Positions 45,801 to 53,116 of a DNA stretch of 64,000 bases are shown one piece after another. A program made the position numbers and the translations under genes. Below the pieces are notes generated by a model. It searched no databases. It was not told the origin of the DNA and was given only the letters and a program-made list of their open reading frames with translations. The DNA is taken from assembly GCA_026713745.1 (NCBI GenBank), contig JAPONU010000255.1, positions 8,371 through 72,370 of the forward strand, given 5' to 3'. Numbering within the stretch: position 1 is the stretch's first letter; the number at the start of each line of letters is the position of its first letter. This DNA is from a bacterium. GTDB taxonomy: Bacteria; Actinomycetota; Acidimicrobiia; Acidimicrobiales; CATQHL01.

Positions 45801-46188
45801 CACGCGCATGCAGCACGAAGTCGACTCCCGGCTCCTCCTCGGCGGCTTCACGCAGGCGCGAGACCAGCGTCTCGTGTTCGCATACCAAGCCGAGAGATCC
45901 GTCCGGGTACGGAAGCACGATCGGCTCCGACCGGTCTTCGGGAAACACCGCAAATCCCTTGCCGGCGGCGCTCCGCGGCTGCGAATCGAGCTCGATCCCG
46001 AAGTCCCGGAGTGTGCGCAGAGCGGGGGGATGGAGCCACTCGCCGGCGAGTCGTTTGGAGACATTGGGGTTTGCCTCGAGCAGAGCCACCGAGGCGCCCC
46101 GACGAGCGTGAGCGAGCGCGCACAAGCTGCCTACCGGACCCGCGCCGACGACCACGAGGTCATAACTCTGGGCGGTGGCGCCGCTCAT
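42814..46188 (-). CDS. Fusion protein: squalene monooxygenase-like FAD enzyme (N-terminal) plus oxidosqualene-cyclase-type triterpene cyclase (C-terminal)
   Basis: One continuous ORF. N-terminal part: YDLVVVGAGPVGS, GEWLHPPAL and GDAAGHYHPLTAVGMTLGFGD (squalene-epoxidase-like). C-terminal part: at least 6 QW-type repeats and GWPVTDCTAEAV (OSC V(S/T)DCTAE, not the SHC DxDDTA). ATG 46188 (MSGATAQSYDL) is preferred; the ORF maximum is 46233. Confidence 0.85.
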   Translation of the reverse strand: MSGATAQSYDLVVVGAGPVGSLCALAHARRGASVALLEANPNVSKRLAGEWLHPPALRTLRDFGIELDSQPRSAAGKGFAVFPEDRSEPIVLPYPDGSLGLVCEHETLVSRLREAAEEEPGVDFVLHARVRAVEEHRVTFTRHGADESLEAALIVGADGRASIVRRSLGLWTSPKNCSRMMGIALSGVTLPMEGYGHVVCGGPGPILIYRLGDDSVRVIVDVPLGYSPRDLVALLSDSYAGWMPETLRPAFLEALRARRFLAAANALRPRATYGSPRRVLIGDAAGHYHPLTAVGMTLGFGDALALAEGRDFRDFTNRRLRATRAPELLAMGLYEIFADHRVESVALRHAVYRRWRESRTVRDRTIGLLACENTSIASLSLACGAMATRAMVGELPRSCDRTAWRRARDIVRALSVRVGWVLRGVRQLRRARNAGGQKDQRARDSLARGFLMSMPSRAGELRPSRPEEVASPDAGKALKNASARLVSLQGADGAWESEMAWCPMLTAQYVLLHHILGRPLDPDRRRLVLRYFERSRLEDGSWGLHEHSSPHLFVTTLVYVAARLLGVEPDDPLIEPARRFLQAEGVLSIPSWGKFWLALVGLYDWRGVNAVLPELWSLPRWMAIHPSKWYCHTRLIYMAMAAIYPLRFRAPVTPAIAAIQEELFPQGFDNVDFTAGRNRLRDGDLFARPSVWLRTGLGLALWYERFHTEGLRARCTESIVRHIKWELQTTTHRSISPVSGFLNILALWLRDPNDTDCQQALARLDGWIWEDEEGGTRVSGARTASWDTGFSLQALATVPDLDGVGSALRRGTDFLGRQQIDTSFEGFHEAYRTDPKGGWCFAGSWHGWPVTDCTAEAVLGILAADCGAANTAVLGDAVRFMLRGQYRDGGFGSYEARRSSVGLEWLNPAEMFGESMTERSYVECTSSCLAALTACTEHFGEVANPEVASAVSRGEAWLRRSQASDGSWRGVWGVQFIYGTFFGVRGLLAAGARPGDPALRRACRWLVDRQRPDGGWGEHHSGCLTGRYVAHTESQIIQTAWAMLALLEADDSNWTAISQGARFLLDAQESNGGWPRQDGSGVFFRTAILDYGLYRQYFPLHALGLYEQRRRARLELTAATEASG

Positions 46189-46457
46189 CGGTGGATGCCC
46201 CCCTGCGAGCGCCGGCGACACCGGAACCAACACGGTTCCTGAGGACCGGTCACCCGGCTACCGTACTTCGGGTTGGGAGAGCGGTCATTCTCCGGAACCG
46301 CAGACGTACGTGAGCCTCGCCCGACGCTCCGCTCGGCTGCTCGACCCCCTCGCCCGGGCCCGGCTGCGATCCGTCGGCGGTGCCGGTGCCGGCGAATGGT
46401 TCCGCCGCGGAGAATCGAAGTGGCGCAGCGCTCCTCGTCGGCGAATCGGCCGGGGTA

Positions 46458-47546
46458 TCAGCGACCGTCGGCGAGGCGGCGGGACACCTCCACCCAACGG
46501 GACAGCTTGACCGCCGCCGCTCCGCTGTCGAGTGCCTCCGCCGCCAGCCGCAGCCCCCCGGGGAGGTCGGCGGCCAGATCACCCACGACGAGCCCCGCGG
46601 CGGCGTTCAGGCACACGATGTCCCGCCATGGCACCGACTTGCCCGCCAGCAGCGCCTGAGTCGCCGCCACCCCGGTGGCCAGGTCCGCGCCCGCGAGATC
46701 GGCCAGCCCGACGGTGGCCAGGCCCAGATCCTCCGGCGTCACGGTATAGCGCTCGATCCGCCCCCCGCGCAGCTCGATCACTATCGTCGGGCCGATCGTG
46801 GACAGCTCGTCGAGGCGAGGATAGCCGTGCACCACCATGGCCCGTTGGGTACCGGTAACGGCCAGCACCTCCGCCATCCGCTCGGCCATGGTGGGGTCGT
46901 TCACACCGATCACCTGGCGCCGCACGCCGGCGGGATTCGCCATCGGACCGAGGTAGTTGAACGCCGTGGGTACACCCAGGCTGCGCCGCGCGGGACCGGC
47001 GTGGCGCAGTGCCGGATGGAACAGGGGCGCCAGGCAGAAAGCGATACCGGCCTGCTCGAGGCTGGCGGCAACGCCTTCGGGCCCCAGGTCCACCACCACG
47101 CCCAGGGCCTCCAGCAGGTCGGCGGATCCGCAGGCCGACGACACCGCACGGTTGCCGTGCTTGCAGACGCGGGCACCGGCGCCCGCGGCCACGAGCGCCG
47201 CCATGGTGGAGATATTCAGCGAGCCGCTGCCGTCGCCGCCAGTGCCGGCGGTGTCGATCAGTCCCATCGCCTCGGCATCCACGCCGACCTCCAGCGCCGC
47301 GGCCCGCAAGCCCTCGAGCAGCCCGGCCAACTCGGCAGCCGTCTCACCCTTGGTGCGCAGGCCGATCAGCAGCCCCGCCATCTGTGCCTCGGTGGCACGG
47401 CCGGTCAGCATGGCGTCAGCCGCGGCCCGGGCCTGGACCCCTGACAGGTGCTCGCCCGCCACCAGCGTCCTGAACAACTCGGCGAAATCGACACCCTCTC
47501 CGGTGCCTGTGCCCGTCACGCCGGCGGCGTCGCTGTCTGTACTCAT
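46458..47546 (-). CDS. trpD: Anthranilate phosphoribosyltransferase
   Basis: DTAGTGGDGSGSLNISTMAA, KHGNRAVSSACGSADLLEALG, and the FHPA..H.GP.RR and PTAFN regions. ATG 47546; the remaining 472 codons of ORF 46458..48962 are antisense to the kinase gene and are rejected. Confidence 0.93.
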   Translation of the reverse strand: MSTDSDAAGVTGTGTGEGVDFAELFRTLVAGEHLSGVQARAAADAMLTGRATEAQMAGLLIGLRTKGETAAELAGLLEGLRAAALEVGVDAEAMGLIDTAGTGGDGSGSLNISTMAALVAAGAGARVCKHGNRAVSSACGSADLLEALGVVVDLGPEGVAASLEQAGIAFCLAPLFHPALRHAGPARRSLGVPTAFNYLGPMANPAGVRRQVIGVNDPTMAERMAEVLAVTGTQRAMVVHGYPRLDELSTIGPTIVIELRGGRIERYTVTPEDLGLATVGLADLAGADLATGVAATQALLAGKSVPWRDIVCLNAAAGLVVGDLAADLPGGLRLAAEALDSGAAAVKLSRWVEVSRRLADGR

Positions 47547-47735
47547 GCTGCAGCCTCGATCGTTCGATGTCGGTGGGCGGCCCGCTGCGACGGTGACCGC
47601 CGCGGTCATCCCGGCCGCCGCCGGACCTACCTCTAGCATGCCAACCGTGCCCACCTGTGACGAGCCCGGTGCCCCGCCGCCGACCGCGGTGACGGCGGCC
47701 GGCCGGGATCCGCATCGACCGGACCCGACGGCGCC

Positions 47736-49172
47736 ATGAGGATTCTCGTGATCGACCTGGGGAGCACGAGCGCCCGCGCGGCCGTTGTGGACGAGGCGGG
47801 TCACCTCCGCCACGAGCGGCGCGCGGCCACGCCGCGGGAATCCCCGGCGCCCGGACTGCTGGAGTTCGACCCGGTCGCGGTGGCCGATGCGGCCATGCAG
47901 GCCGCCACGGCGACGCTGACCGAGGCGGGAAGGGTGGACGCCGTCGGCATCGCCAACCAGCGTGCCTCCACGGTCGTCTGGGATCGCACCAGCGGCGAAC
48001 CGGCCGGTCCTGGACTCGGCTGGCAGGACCTTCGTACCGCCCTCGACTGCCTCACCCTGCAGGGCGAGGGACTGCGCCTGGCGCCGAACCAACCCGCCAC
48101 CAAGGCCGCCCACCTGATCGGCGCGGCCGGCGTCCCGCCCACCCAGCTCTGCGTGGGCACGCTGGACTCGTGGCTCGTCTGGAATCTCACCGGCGGGACC
48201 CACCACCTCACCGACGCCACCAACGCGGCGATCACCGGACTCTGCTTCGACGATCGCGTTGAGTGGGACCTGGCTGTTGCCGGGAGGCTCGGCATCCCCG
48301 CGGTGAGCCTGCCCCGCATCGTCGACAGCACCGGACCGGTGGCCGAGGCCACCGAACTGCGGGGAGCTCCCGTCATCGCCGGTCTCGCCGGTGACCAGCA
48401 GGCGGCGCTCGTGGGCGCCGGCTGCGTCGGGCGGGGCGCCGTGAAGATCACCTTCGGCACCGGAGGCACGCTGGACGCCTGCCTCGGCCCCGGCGACCCG
48501 CCGACCGATGTCCGCGGCCCCAGTGGCACCTTCCCGATCGTCTCCTGGCAACAGCAGGGACGGGTGGTCTGGGGGATCGAAGCCATGATGCTCAGCGCCG
48601 GCAGCTGTGTGGCGTGGTTGTGCGAGCTCGGGCTGCTCGAGAACCCCGGTGATTCCGACGCCGTCGCCGCCGCCTGCGCCGACAGTGGGGGCGTGAGCTT
48701 CGTGCCCGCTCAGATGGGCCTCGGTACACCGGACTGGGACTTCGGGGCTCGCAGCACCTTCACCGGCCTCACCGCCACCGCCGGCACCGGACACCTTGTG
48801 CGCGCCGTGCTGGAAGGCGTGGCGCACCACGGGGTCGATCTGCTCGAAGCGGCGCGCGCCGACAGCGGGCTGGAGTTGGCCGGCCCGGTCATCGACGGGG
48901 GCATGAGCACCAACGGCACGTTCATCCAGGCGCTCGCCGACGCCTCCGGAGGCGTGGTGCACCTCGCTCCCGAGATCGAATGCACAGCCCTCGGCGCCGG
49001 CTACCTCGCGGGGCTTGGAGTCGGATCCTGGCGTGACTGGGAGGAGGTCGCCTCACTGCGACCGCCGCGGCGGACCGTCGAGCCGCACAAGCTCGCCGAC
49101 CGGGCCGCATGGCAGGAGGCCAAGCGGCGAGCCGCCAGCTGGCACCCCGACCTCAGCGCCGTCTCGTTCTGA
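47736..49172 (+). CDS. FGGY-family carbohydrate kinase (glycerol kinase-like)
   Basis: ILVIDLGSTSARAAVVD, GIANQRASTVVWD, GTLDSWLVWNLTGG, AGDQQAALVG, TFGTGG and IDGGMSTN. Confidence 0.85.
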   Translation: MRILVIDLGSTSARAAVVDEAGHLRHERRAATPRESPAPGLLEFDPVAVADAAMQAATATLTEAGRVDAVGIANQRASTVVWDRTSGEPAGPGLGWQDLRTALDCLTLQGEGLRLAPNQPATKAAHLIGAAGVPPTQLCVGTLDSWLVWNLTGGTHHLTDATNAAITGLCFDDRVEWDLAVAGRLGIPAVSLPRIVDSTGPVAEATELRGAPVIAGLAGDQQAALVGAGCVGRGAVKITFGTGGTLDACLGPGDPPTDVRGPSGTFPIVSWQQQGRVVWGIEAMMLSAGSCVAWLCELGLLENPGDSDAVAAACADSGGVSFVPAQMGLGTPDWDFGARSTFTGLTATAGTGHLVRAVLEGVAHHGVDLLEAARADSGLELAGPVIDGGMSTNGTFIQALADASGGVVHLAPEIECTALGAGYLAGLGVGSWRDWEEVASLRPPRRTVEPHKLADRAAWQEAKRRAASWHPDLSAVSF

Positions 49173-49256
49173 GCCCGGCGGCCGTCGCCGCACGCGCCGC
49201 AGGTCTCAGAGGCCTCCAAGGTGCCGGCGTCACGGCAACTCTGGCAGACTGTCAGC

Positions 49257-49626
<370 letters not shown>

Positions 49627-49628
<2 letters not shown>

Positions 49629-50112
49629 ACCGCCGCCGGGAGGGGCGCGGTGCGACCGCCAACCTGCCGGTGCGCAGGAAGTCGCGCCTGCGATTTGCGT
49701 CGGCCAGCCCGAAACGCCGCCAGGACCACCACAGCGCCGCCGCACCGATCAACTCCATGACCACCAGTAGCCAGACCGCCCGCAGACCTACCCCGGCCAC
49801 CTCGCCGGAACCGAATGGCCACCAGAAGGCCTCGGTCCGCACCCAGGCACCGTCCAGCACGAGATGGCAGAAGAACCCGATCGGGAGCCCTAACCAGCGG
49901 CGCTGCACCAGGCGCCTGCCCCACCCCCCGACCATGACCGCGGTCATCACTCCGATCGGGAACAGTACCGAGCCCATGATCCACAACCCGTCCACGACGA
50001 GAGCCACCGAAGGGAGCACCGCCCCGGCCACTACGAAGCGATAGTCCAACCCGCGGCTGGCGAACACCGCCGCAACAGCCGGTGGGGCGAGCCCGGCGAA
50101 CCAGAGCAGCAC
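49627..50112 (-). CDS. Hypothetical membrane protein (possibly a YdjM/DUF457-like membrane hydrolase)
   Basis: Four to five TM segments, and FFCHLVLDGAW resembles the HLxxD of the YdjM family (weak). I chose GTG 50112, just after the upstream stop. The 3' end abuts the rnpB 3' end convergently. Confidence 0.5.
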
Positions 50113-50116
50113 CAGC

Positions 50117-50860
50117 TCAGATGACCAGGATCCGCCCGCAAGAGGGGCACGTGGCTGTCCCCTTGTCTGCCTCCCCCGGCGGCGCCTCACCCACTTCGGG
50201 GAGCCTGCGCAGCCGATCCACTTCCATGAGAGGCAACGTTAGATGGCAGCCGAGGCAGCTCGTCGCCTCGAGACGTGCCACCGCCACACCACCGATCTGC
50301 GTGCGGAGGCGCTCGTAGCGCTCGAGCAGGCCGGCGTCGATCTCCGCGCCGGCCGCGGCGCGGGCCAGGCGGACCCCCTCGAGTTCGGCGTCGATCTCGG
50401 CGGCCGCCTCACCGAGTTGCCCGGTCATCGCATCGATGCCCCTCGCGAACTCCTCCCTGGCCCCGCGAAGAGCCCCAAGCTCCGCCGACGCCGCTTCGAG
50501 GTCCTCCATCACCTCCAGCAGCTTGTCCTCCACCACGCGCTGACGCCTCCCGAGAGCCGCCACCTCCTCCTCGAGGCCCTGCAGCTCGCGGATCGCCGTG
50601 ACGTCACCGGAGTAGAGAAGGTTCCTCTCGCGGTCCCGCTTGGCCAGCACCGACGCCAGATCGTCGTCGTAGCGTCGCTGGTGCCGTTCCAACTCCGAGT
50701 GATGTTGCCCGGCCGCCTCGATCCGCTCGTCGACTTCCTCTGCCTGGCGCTCGAGTCGGCGCAACTCCACCCGTTCGGGCAATTGGGCGTGGCGGTGCTC
50801 GAGTTGCGCAATGCGAGTGTCGTGAGCCTGGAGTTCCAGGAGGTGTTCCAGAGGGTTCAC
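50117..50860 (-). CDS. COG1579-type zinc-ribbon/coiled-coil protein
   Basis: LLELQAHDTRIAQLEHR, a long coiled coil, ERYERLR, then a C4 ribbon CLGCHLTL...CPSCGRILV. Confidence 0.8.
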   Translation of the reverse strand: MNPLEHLLELQAHDTRIAQLEHRHAQLPERVELRRLERQAEEVDERIEAAGQHHSELERHQRRYDDDLASVLAKRDRERNLLYSGDVTAIRELQGLEEEVAALGRRQRVVEDKLLEVMEDLEAASAELGALRGAREEFARGIDAMTGQLGEAAAEIDAELEGVRLARAAAGAEIDAGLLERYERLRTQIGGVAVARLEATSCLGCHLTLPLMEVDRLRRLPEVGEAPPGEADKGTATCPSCGRILVI

Positions 50861-50959
50861 GACTCGCCGCTTGGTTCTCGCCTGTGTTCTGCCATGTCCA
50901 CGCGTGACCCTAAACGAGACCGGCCGGGGCGCTCAAGGACACCCGTCAACCGGGGGCCG

Positions 50960-51004
50960 AAAAGGGACGACGCCCCGCCGAGGGGGGGACTTCGACGGGG
51001 CGTC
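50960..51004 (-). terminator. Candidate intrinsic terminator (minus strand)
   Basis: On the sense RNA: GACGCCCCG, an 18-nt loop, CGGGGCGUC, then GUCCCUUUUCGG. The stem is 50969-50977 with 50996-51004, and the U-tract is the complement of about 50961-50964. Confidence 0.35.
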
Positions 51005-51144
51005 CGCTCACCGCCGTGGCAGGGGGGGTGCCCGGGGTGAACTGTTATGCCGTTGGCACGGCAGATTCTGGCAAGCAGGCTAGTCGGGCCGCGTCGCGGC
51101 GCTGCTGCCGGACGTGTGACATCGGCCACAACCGAGGACCCGGA

Positions 51145-51204
51145 TCCCGCCGTCCGGTCCCGCCGTCCGGCCGATTGGCGGGCCGATTGGCGGGCCGATT
51201 GGCC
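51145..51204. repeat. Tandem direct repeats: 2 x 13 bp (tcccgccgtccgg), then 3 x 12 bp (ggccgattggcg/c)
   Basis: Read directly. The 13-mers are 51145-51157 and 51158-51170. The 12-mers are 51169-51180, 51181-51192 and 51193-51204. The region is noncoding. Confidence 0.9.
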
Positions 51205-51352
51205 GGACGGACCTCAACGGGTATACACTTGAAGTCGCGACCAAGTCGTCCTTCGGAGGGGATGGCGGGTCTGGAGAGAATCTCGCTGATCCCGGCTGCT
51301 CCAACAGTCCCAGGCCCGCTCCCTCCACCACAGCCTGCTTCGACGGATCCGG

Positions 51353-51427
51353 TGGGCGCTGGCGGACTCGAACCGCCGACCCCTTCCTTGTAAGGGAAGT
51401 GCTCTGAACCAACTGAGCTAAGCGCCC
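51353..51427 (-). tRNA. tRNA-Val (anticodon TAC)
   Basis: Reverse complement: GGGCGCTTAGCTCAGTTGGTTCAGAGCACTTCCCTTACAAGGAAGGGGTCGGCGGTTCGAGTCCGCCAGCGCCCA. It folds as a cloverleaf with anticodon loop CTTACAA. The terminal CCA is not fully encoded. Confidence 0.93.
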
Positions 51428-51438
51428 GGAACCGCAGA

Positions 51439-52182
51439 CTACCCGGCACAGGCCGCGCACAGGTCGCCCAGCAGGCCCTCCCCGGCCGCCGCCAGCAAGC
51501 TGCGGCGAGCCCCCGGATCGGTCGTCGTGAGATCCCTGCCGGCGGCGTCGACCACGTGGGCGCCGGCCTCCCGGCAGACCAGCATGGCCCCCAGGTAGTC
51601 CCACGGTCCGTGCGAGTGGCAGTCCACGAAGCCGTCGAGGCGCCCGTCGGCCACCGCGCACAGATCCAGCGCGGCCGCGCCGAGGGCTCGGTACTGGCGC
51701 CAGCGCAGGTGTCGTGACGGGTAGCCGGACAGACCGATGACCGCCTCGGGCAGGCTGCCGACCTGCGATGGCCGTATCGGCCGGCGGTCCCGGTAGGCCC
51801 CACCACCGCGGATCGCGCTGTAGCGCTCGCCGGAAGCCAGGTTGACCACCAGCGCGGCCAGCGCCCCGGAGTCGTCGACCGCGCAGAAACTCGTGGCGTA
51901 CCAGGGGATGCCCTGAGCCGCGTTCGTTGATCCGTCGAGTGGGTCGACGACGACGATCACGGCACGATCGGTGCCCTGCAGGCCGGACTCCTCGCTGCAC
52001 ACCCCCAGGCCGGCGTCGAGCAGCGCTCCGGTCGCCACCTCGTCGGCGGCGATGTCGGAACGGTGCTGGCCGGGACGCGTCCCCGCCAAACCCCAGTCAG
52101 CCAGAGACTCCAGAGCAGCCGCCACCGAGCGGGCGGTCTCCTCGAACAGCGACAGCAGGTCCTCGGGCGCGATGAGTGTCAC
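51439..52182 (-). CDS. Inositol monophosphatase/FBPase-family phosphatase (second paralog in the window)
   Basis: VVDPLDGSTNAAQG and PWDYLGAMLVCREAG are IMPase-family motifs. GTG 52182 (VTLIAPEDLL) is preferred; the ORF maximum is 52317. Confidence 0.8.
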   Translation of the reverse strand: MTLIAPEDLLSLFEETARSVAAALESLADWGLAGTRPGQHRSDIAADEVATGALLDAGLGVCSEESGLQGTDRAVIVVVDPLDGSTNAAQGIPWYATSFCAVDDSGALAALVVNLASGERYSAIRGGGAYRDRRPIRPSQVGSLPEAVIGLSGYPSRHLRWRQYRALGAAALDLCAVADGRLDGFVDCHSHGPWDYLGAMLVCREAGAHVVDAAGRDLTTTDPGARRSLLAAAGEGLLGDLCAACAG

Positions 52183-52276
52183 GCTAGGTCGACTCTCGGC
52201 ACTCAGGTCGACATCGCCGACGGGTAGGGTGGTTCCGCCCCGACACCAGTGACCCCGAACGCGGAGGAGCCGTCCA

Positions 52277-52840
52277 TTGTCCGTCGTTGACTTTCCCGGG
52301 TTCGTCACCGATCTCAAGTTCCACGCCGCTGACGGGGGGTTCCACTACCACGAGGATCATCACTGCATCGACGTCACCACCGGACGGCAATGGTGGGAGA
52401 TCCATCTCCACCCGGATTACGACTGCGACGGGCCCCTGGAGCTGCACATCGTCGCCGACTTGGACCCGCGGGTACAGATCGCATTCGAGGACGAGGTGAA
52501 CAAGCTGCCCGACGACGCCGAGTGGCCCGAGGAAGGGTTCGACCTGCTGCTTCGTTTCCACTGGCGGATGCCGCCGCTGCCGAACAGCCCCAACCTCCTG
52601 GAGTTGGCCACCGAACTCTCCGCCATCGGCGGCACGGCGCTGCCCCTGCACGTCTGGGCGGCGGACACCATCGCCACGGTCACCGACGATGTCGCCAGGT
52701 CGGTGCACGTGGAGTCGGAGCGGTCGGTCCCGCTGGCGCATCTGGTTGGCGAGCACGATTTTCTGGACGAGACGTTCGGCCTGATCGGGAGCGTCACCCG
52801 CTACCTGCACGACCGGGCACCCGCCTGGCTGGGCGAGTGA
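52277..52840 (+). CDS. Hypothetical acidic, His-rich protein of unknown family
   Basis: TTG start 7 nt after a strong GGAGGA. 187 aa with a realistic composition (FHYHEDHHCIDV, WWEIHLHPDYDCDG, acidic middle). It lacks the Arg/Pro/Gly excess that off-frame ORFs show here. I recognise no family. Confidence 0.6.
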   Translation: MSVVDFPGFVTDLKFHAADGGFHYHEDHHCIDVTTGRQWWEIHLHPDYDCDGPLELHIVADLDPRVQIAFEDEVNKLPDDAEWPEEGFDLLLRFHWRMPPLPNSPNLLELATELSAIGGTALPLHVWAADTIATVTDDVARSVHVESERSVPLAHLVGEHDFLDETFGLIGSVTRYLHDRAPAWLGE

Positions 52841-52884
52841 GCCTGCCCGGAGCGGTCGCACAGCGGGACTCGCGCCCCTGAGAG

Positions 52885-52957
52885 TGGGCTCGGTGGGGAT
52901 CGAACCCACGACCAAACGATTATGAGTCGTCTGCTCTGACCACTGAGCTACGAGCCC
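52885..52957 (-). tRNA. tRNA-Met (anticodon CAT), elongator type (a tRNA-Ile2/lysidine identity cannot be excluded)
   Basis: Reverse complement: GGGCTCGTAGCTCAGTGGTCAGAGCAGACGACTCATAATCGTTTGGTCGTGGGTTCGATCCCCACCGAGCCCA. The first acceptor pair is G:C (Watson-Crick, 1:72) and the anticodon stem has no GGG/CCC, so it is not an initiator. Confidence 0.9.
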
Positions 52958-53014
52958 GGCGAAAACCTAGCCCCCGGGTGATGCCGCGCCGCGTGTCGCG
53001 GGCTGTTCCGGCAG

Positions 53015-53087
53015 CTCCGGGGGTGGGGCTCGAACCCACGACAAACGGCTTAACAGGCCGGCGCTCTGCCAACTGAGCTACCCCGGA
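53015..53087 (-). tRNA. tRNA-Asn (anticodon GTT)
   Basis: Reverse complement: TCCGGGGTAGCTCAGTTGGCAGAGCGCCGGCCTGTTAAGCCGTTTGTCGTGGGTTCGAGCCCCACCCCCGGAG. Anticodon loop CTGTTAA. Confidence 0.9.
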
Positions 53088-53116
53088 TCGGGCTTCGATG
53101 ATACCAGCGGGAGGAC

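Noticed and set aside
42814-46233. Annotating the large ORF simply as a squalene-hopene cyclase
   Set aside because: The catalytic motif is VTDCTAE (oxidosqualene-cyclase type), not DxDDTA. A squalene-epoxidase-like flavoprotein domain of about 440 aa is fused at the N-terminus. Hopanoid-cluster genes (hpn) are absent nearby.
46458-48962. 834-aa minus-strand ORF extending trpD upstream
   Set aside because: Only the last 362 codons match TrpD, starting at MSTDSDAAG. The upstream 472 codons are antisense to the FGGY kinase gene and have an artefactual composition.
51145-51204. A CRISPR-like or minisatellite array
   Set aside because: It has only two to three contiguous copies of 12-13 bp with no spacers and no cas genes. 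It is treated as a short tandem repeat or a candidate binding array.
51016-51393. 125-aa plus-strand ORF containing (LAGR)x3
   Set aside because: The peptide repeat is simply the translation of the 12-bp tandem DNA repeat. The ORF also runs antisense through tRNA-Val and has no credible RBS.
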